A stretch of 64,000 bases of DNA, taken from positions 35,900,001-35,964,000 of the forward strand of contig OZ076409.1 of the NCBI GenBank assembly GCA_964187785.1. The letters run 5' to 3'. The DNA is from Amphiscolops sp. MND2022. Its lineage: Eukaryota. Of the stretch, positions 62,007 to 64,000 are shown in pieces (the stretch's first letter is position 1; the number at the start of each line of letters is the position of its first letter). The translations under genes were made by a program, and so were the position numbers. The notes beneath the pieces are model-generated. The model was not told the origin of the DNA. It did not search any database and saw only the letters and a program-made list of their open reading frames with translations.

Positions 62007-64000
62007 TCGCCGGCCCTGTTTTCCATAGGAAAACACTCTTCTTTGAAAACTGGCGCCAACTTCACCACAGGTCGTTTACACTGTCCAGTAGCTGTTTTGA
62101 TTAGAGCAGATCTCACAAAGCCATCTCATCCAGGATAGACTTCTATAATTCGAGCCGTTTGGTAGTGAGATCTTTTCATGTTATCTTCCACTAACCACAC
62201 AAGATCACCAGAGGATATATTTTTCTCTTGTTTCGAATACCATTTACTTCTTGAATGCCATTGTGGTAAATATTCATTTGTCCAACGTTTCCATATCATA
62301 TCGGCATAGGCTTGCGATGATTTGAATATCTTCCTGTGGTTAGCATACAATTCGGCATTAGGAATAAAAGGGACCGCACACGTTTGATCGTCCCAGTAGA
62401 AAATGATTTGGGGTCAGCGCTTCCAGGTCTGATGGATCATCACTCACCGCTGTTAATGGCCTTGCATTAAGTGTTTGCTCGACAAGACACATTGTAGTAA
62501 TGAGAGTTTCATCGGTTAAGGATCGGGAACCCAGAATAGCAAACATAGCTTTCTTGCAGCTCCGTACCAAGCGTTCCCAGACACCTCCAAAATGAGGGGC
62601 ACTGGGAGGGTTGAATTTCCAAATAATTCCTTTCGATGCCAAACTTTCTCCCATTTGACTTTTGTTCCACGAGTCAATATATTCCCGAAGCTCCCTAGCG
62701 GAGCCGACAAAATTTGAGCCATTATCGCTCACTATAGTCTTGGGTTTGCCACGCCTCGATATAAAGCGCACAATTGCTGCCATGCAAGAGTCTGCATCGA
62801 GACTTCTGACAACTTCAATGTGAACCGCACGCGTTGTTAGACAGGTGAAGAGACAACACCATCGCTTCATGGTTCTTCGCAGCATTTTCACTTCAAAGGG
62901 ACCAAAATAGTCTATGCCAGTGTTAGTAAAAGGATGGGCTTGAAAGTCTAATCTTTCAGGAGGTAAATCCGCCATGAAAGGTTGTTTTACTGCAGAGCGG
63001 AATTTTCTGCAGTCCACACAACTACCCTTAATTTTTCTTAATGCGTTACGCAAACCAAGAACACAAAATTCTTGCTGGATCACATTCCGCACATATTCCA
63101 CTCCCTCGTGCAAATTGTCAATATGCGCTTGCAATAACAATAATTTCACCACTGGATGAGTCGAGCACAATAAAATAGGATGTCGTTGATCAAAACTGAG
63201 GTTTTTTGCATACTTCAGTCTTCCTTGAGCCCTGATTAAACCAAAATTGTCAAGAAAAGGCGTGAATTTCTTTAAGTTGCCATCAATTTTACCCTCTGCA
63301 CCTTTTTGTAAGTTTGCAAAAGTTTCCGGGAAAAGCTCCCTTTGAACAAGTTTGATGAGAACTTTTCTCGAATTTTTTAATTCATCGACCGATAAATAAC
63401 TGGTATTCGTCTTACTCCTAAATCTTAAGCAAAACGCAATAACACGTTGAATTTTAGAGAAACTGCTGAATCGATCCCAAGTTATCAAATCTCTTTTCTG
63501 GGTAACGAATATGGATTCCATTTCGCCCATACTCGATGTGACTTCGTCCAAGCCCAGTGAAGTAACAGGCCATTCTTCCATTGGTAGTTTCAACCATGCC
63601 GGCCCTGTTAACCACTCTGACTTCGTGAGATTCTCAAGGGAGATACCTCGAGTGCCAATATCAGCGGGATTCAGTTCCCCTCTAACATGTCGCCACTCGT
63701 CTATTGTTGTACTTTCAAGTATTTCTGAGACTCGATTGGCAACAAAAACGACTTGCTTCTGATGGGCACTTTTCAGCCACTGTAAGACAGTCTCGGAGTC
63801 TGTCCAGTGATAAATACTTTGAAACCTGAGGTCATGCTCTGAACAAATGAGCTTTCGTAGTCGAACTCCATACATTGCCGCTTGAAGTTCCAACCTGGGA
63901 ACCGACAATTGTTTCATGGGAGCAATGCGGCTTTTTCCTAGAATGAACGATACTTCGCTCCCAGTCTTTTGTTGATAACGAATGTATGCAACAATAGCCA

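Larger units (their letters stand above)
60875..64000 (-). mobile_element. BEL/Pao LTR retrotransposon 2 (RNase H, integrase, long 3' LTR); continues beyond the window
   Basis: ORF 62358-63917: LSVPRLELQAA, WTDS, NPADIGTRG, GIDYFGP, SDNGSNF, FGGVWERL, LTPNHFL. The C-terminus continues through one frameshift and one stop to ...PVVKLAP...ENRAGDV. Confidence 0.93.

Overview
AT-rich eukaryotic, most likely invertebrate animal, genomic DNA with GT-AG introns and a dense transposon load. Host genes: an intronless CIR1 (7029-7859); a 15-exon uncharacterised gene of about 1360 aa (14024-28866) built from two internally duplicated halves; an 8-finger C2H2 zinc-finger gene (29185-30447); an RNase H1-like gene split by an in-frame TAG (31860-32693); and a 4-exon Shisa/WBP1-like Pro/Tyr-rich membrane protein gene (44425-56243). 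Mobile DNA: a decayed Ty3/Gypsy element (1-5661, minus strand), two BEL/Pao elements (about 33026-39054 and 60875-64000+, minus strand), a CRE-like non-LTR fragment, several MITEs with readable TIRs and TSDs, a degenerate ~175-180 bp satellite, and many copies of a Helentron-associated (HINE/DINE-1-like) family, several carrying tRNA-like Pol III cassettes. The most unusual observations are (1) an SGNH/GDSL-hydrolase-like ORF that appears to lie inside the ~1.1 kb 3' LTR of a BEL/Pao element, (2) the large protein with a twice-repeated RIIa/Dpy-30-like docking helix plus a degenerate nucleotidyltransferase-like module, (3) the HINE-tRNA hybrids, and (4) a perfect 159-bp palindrome. All family assignments come from motif recognition by eye; no searches were run.
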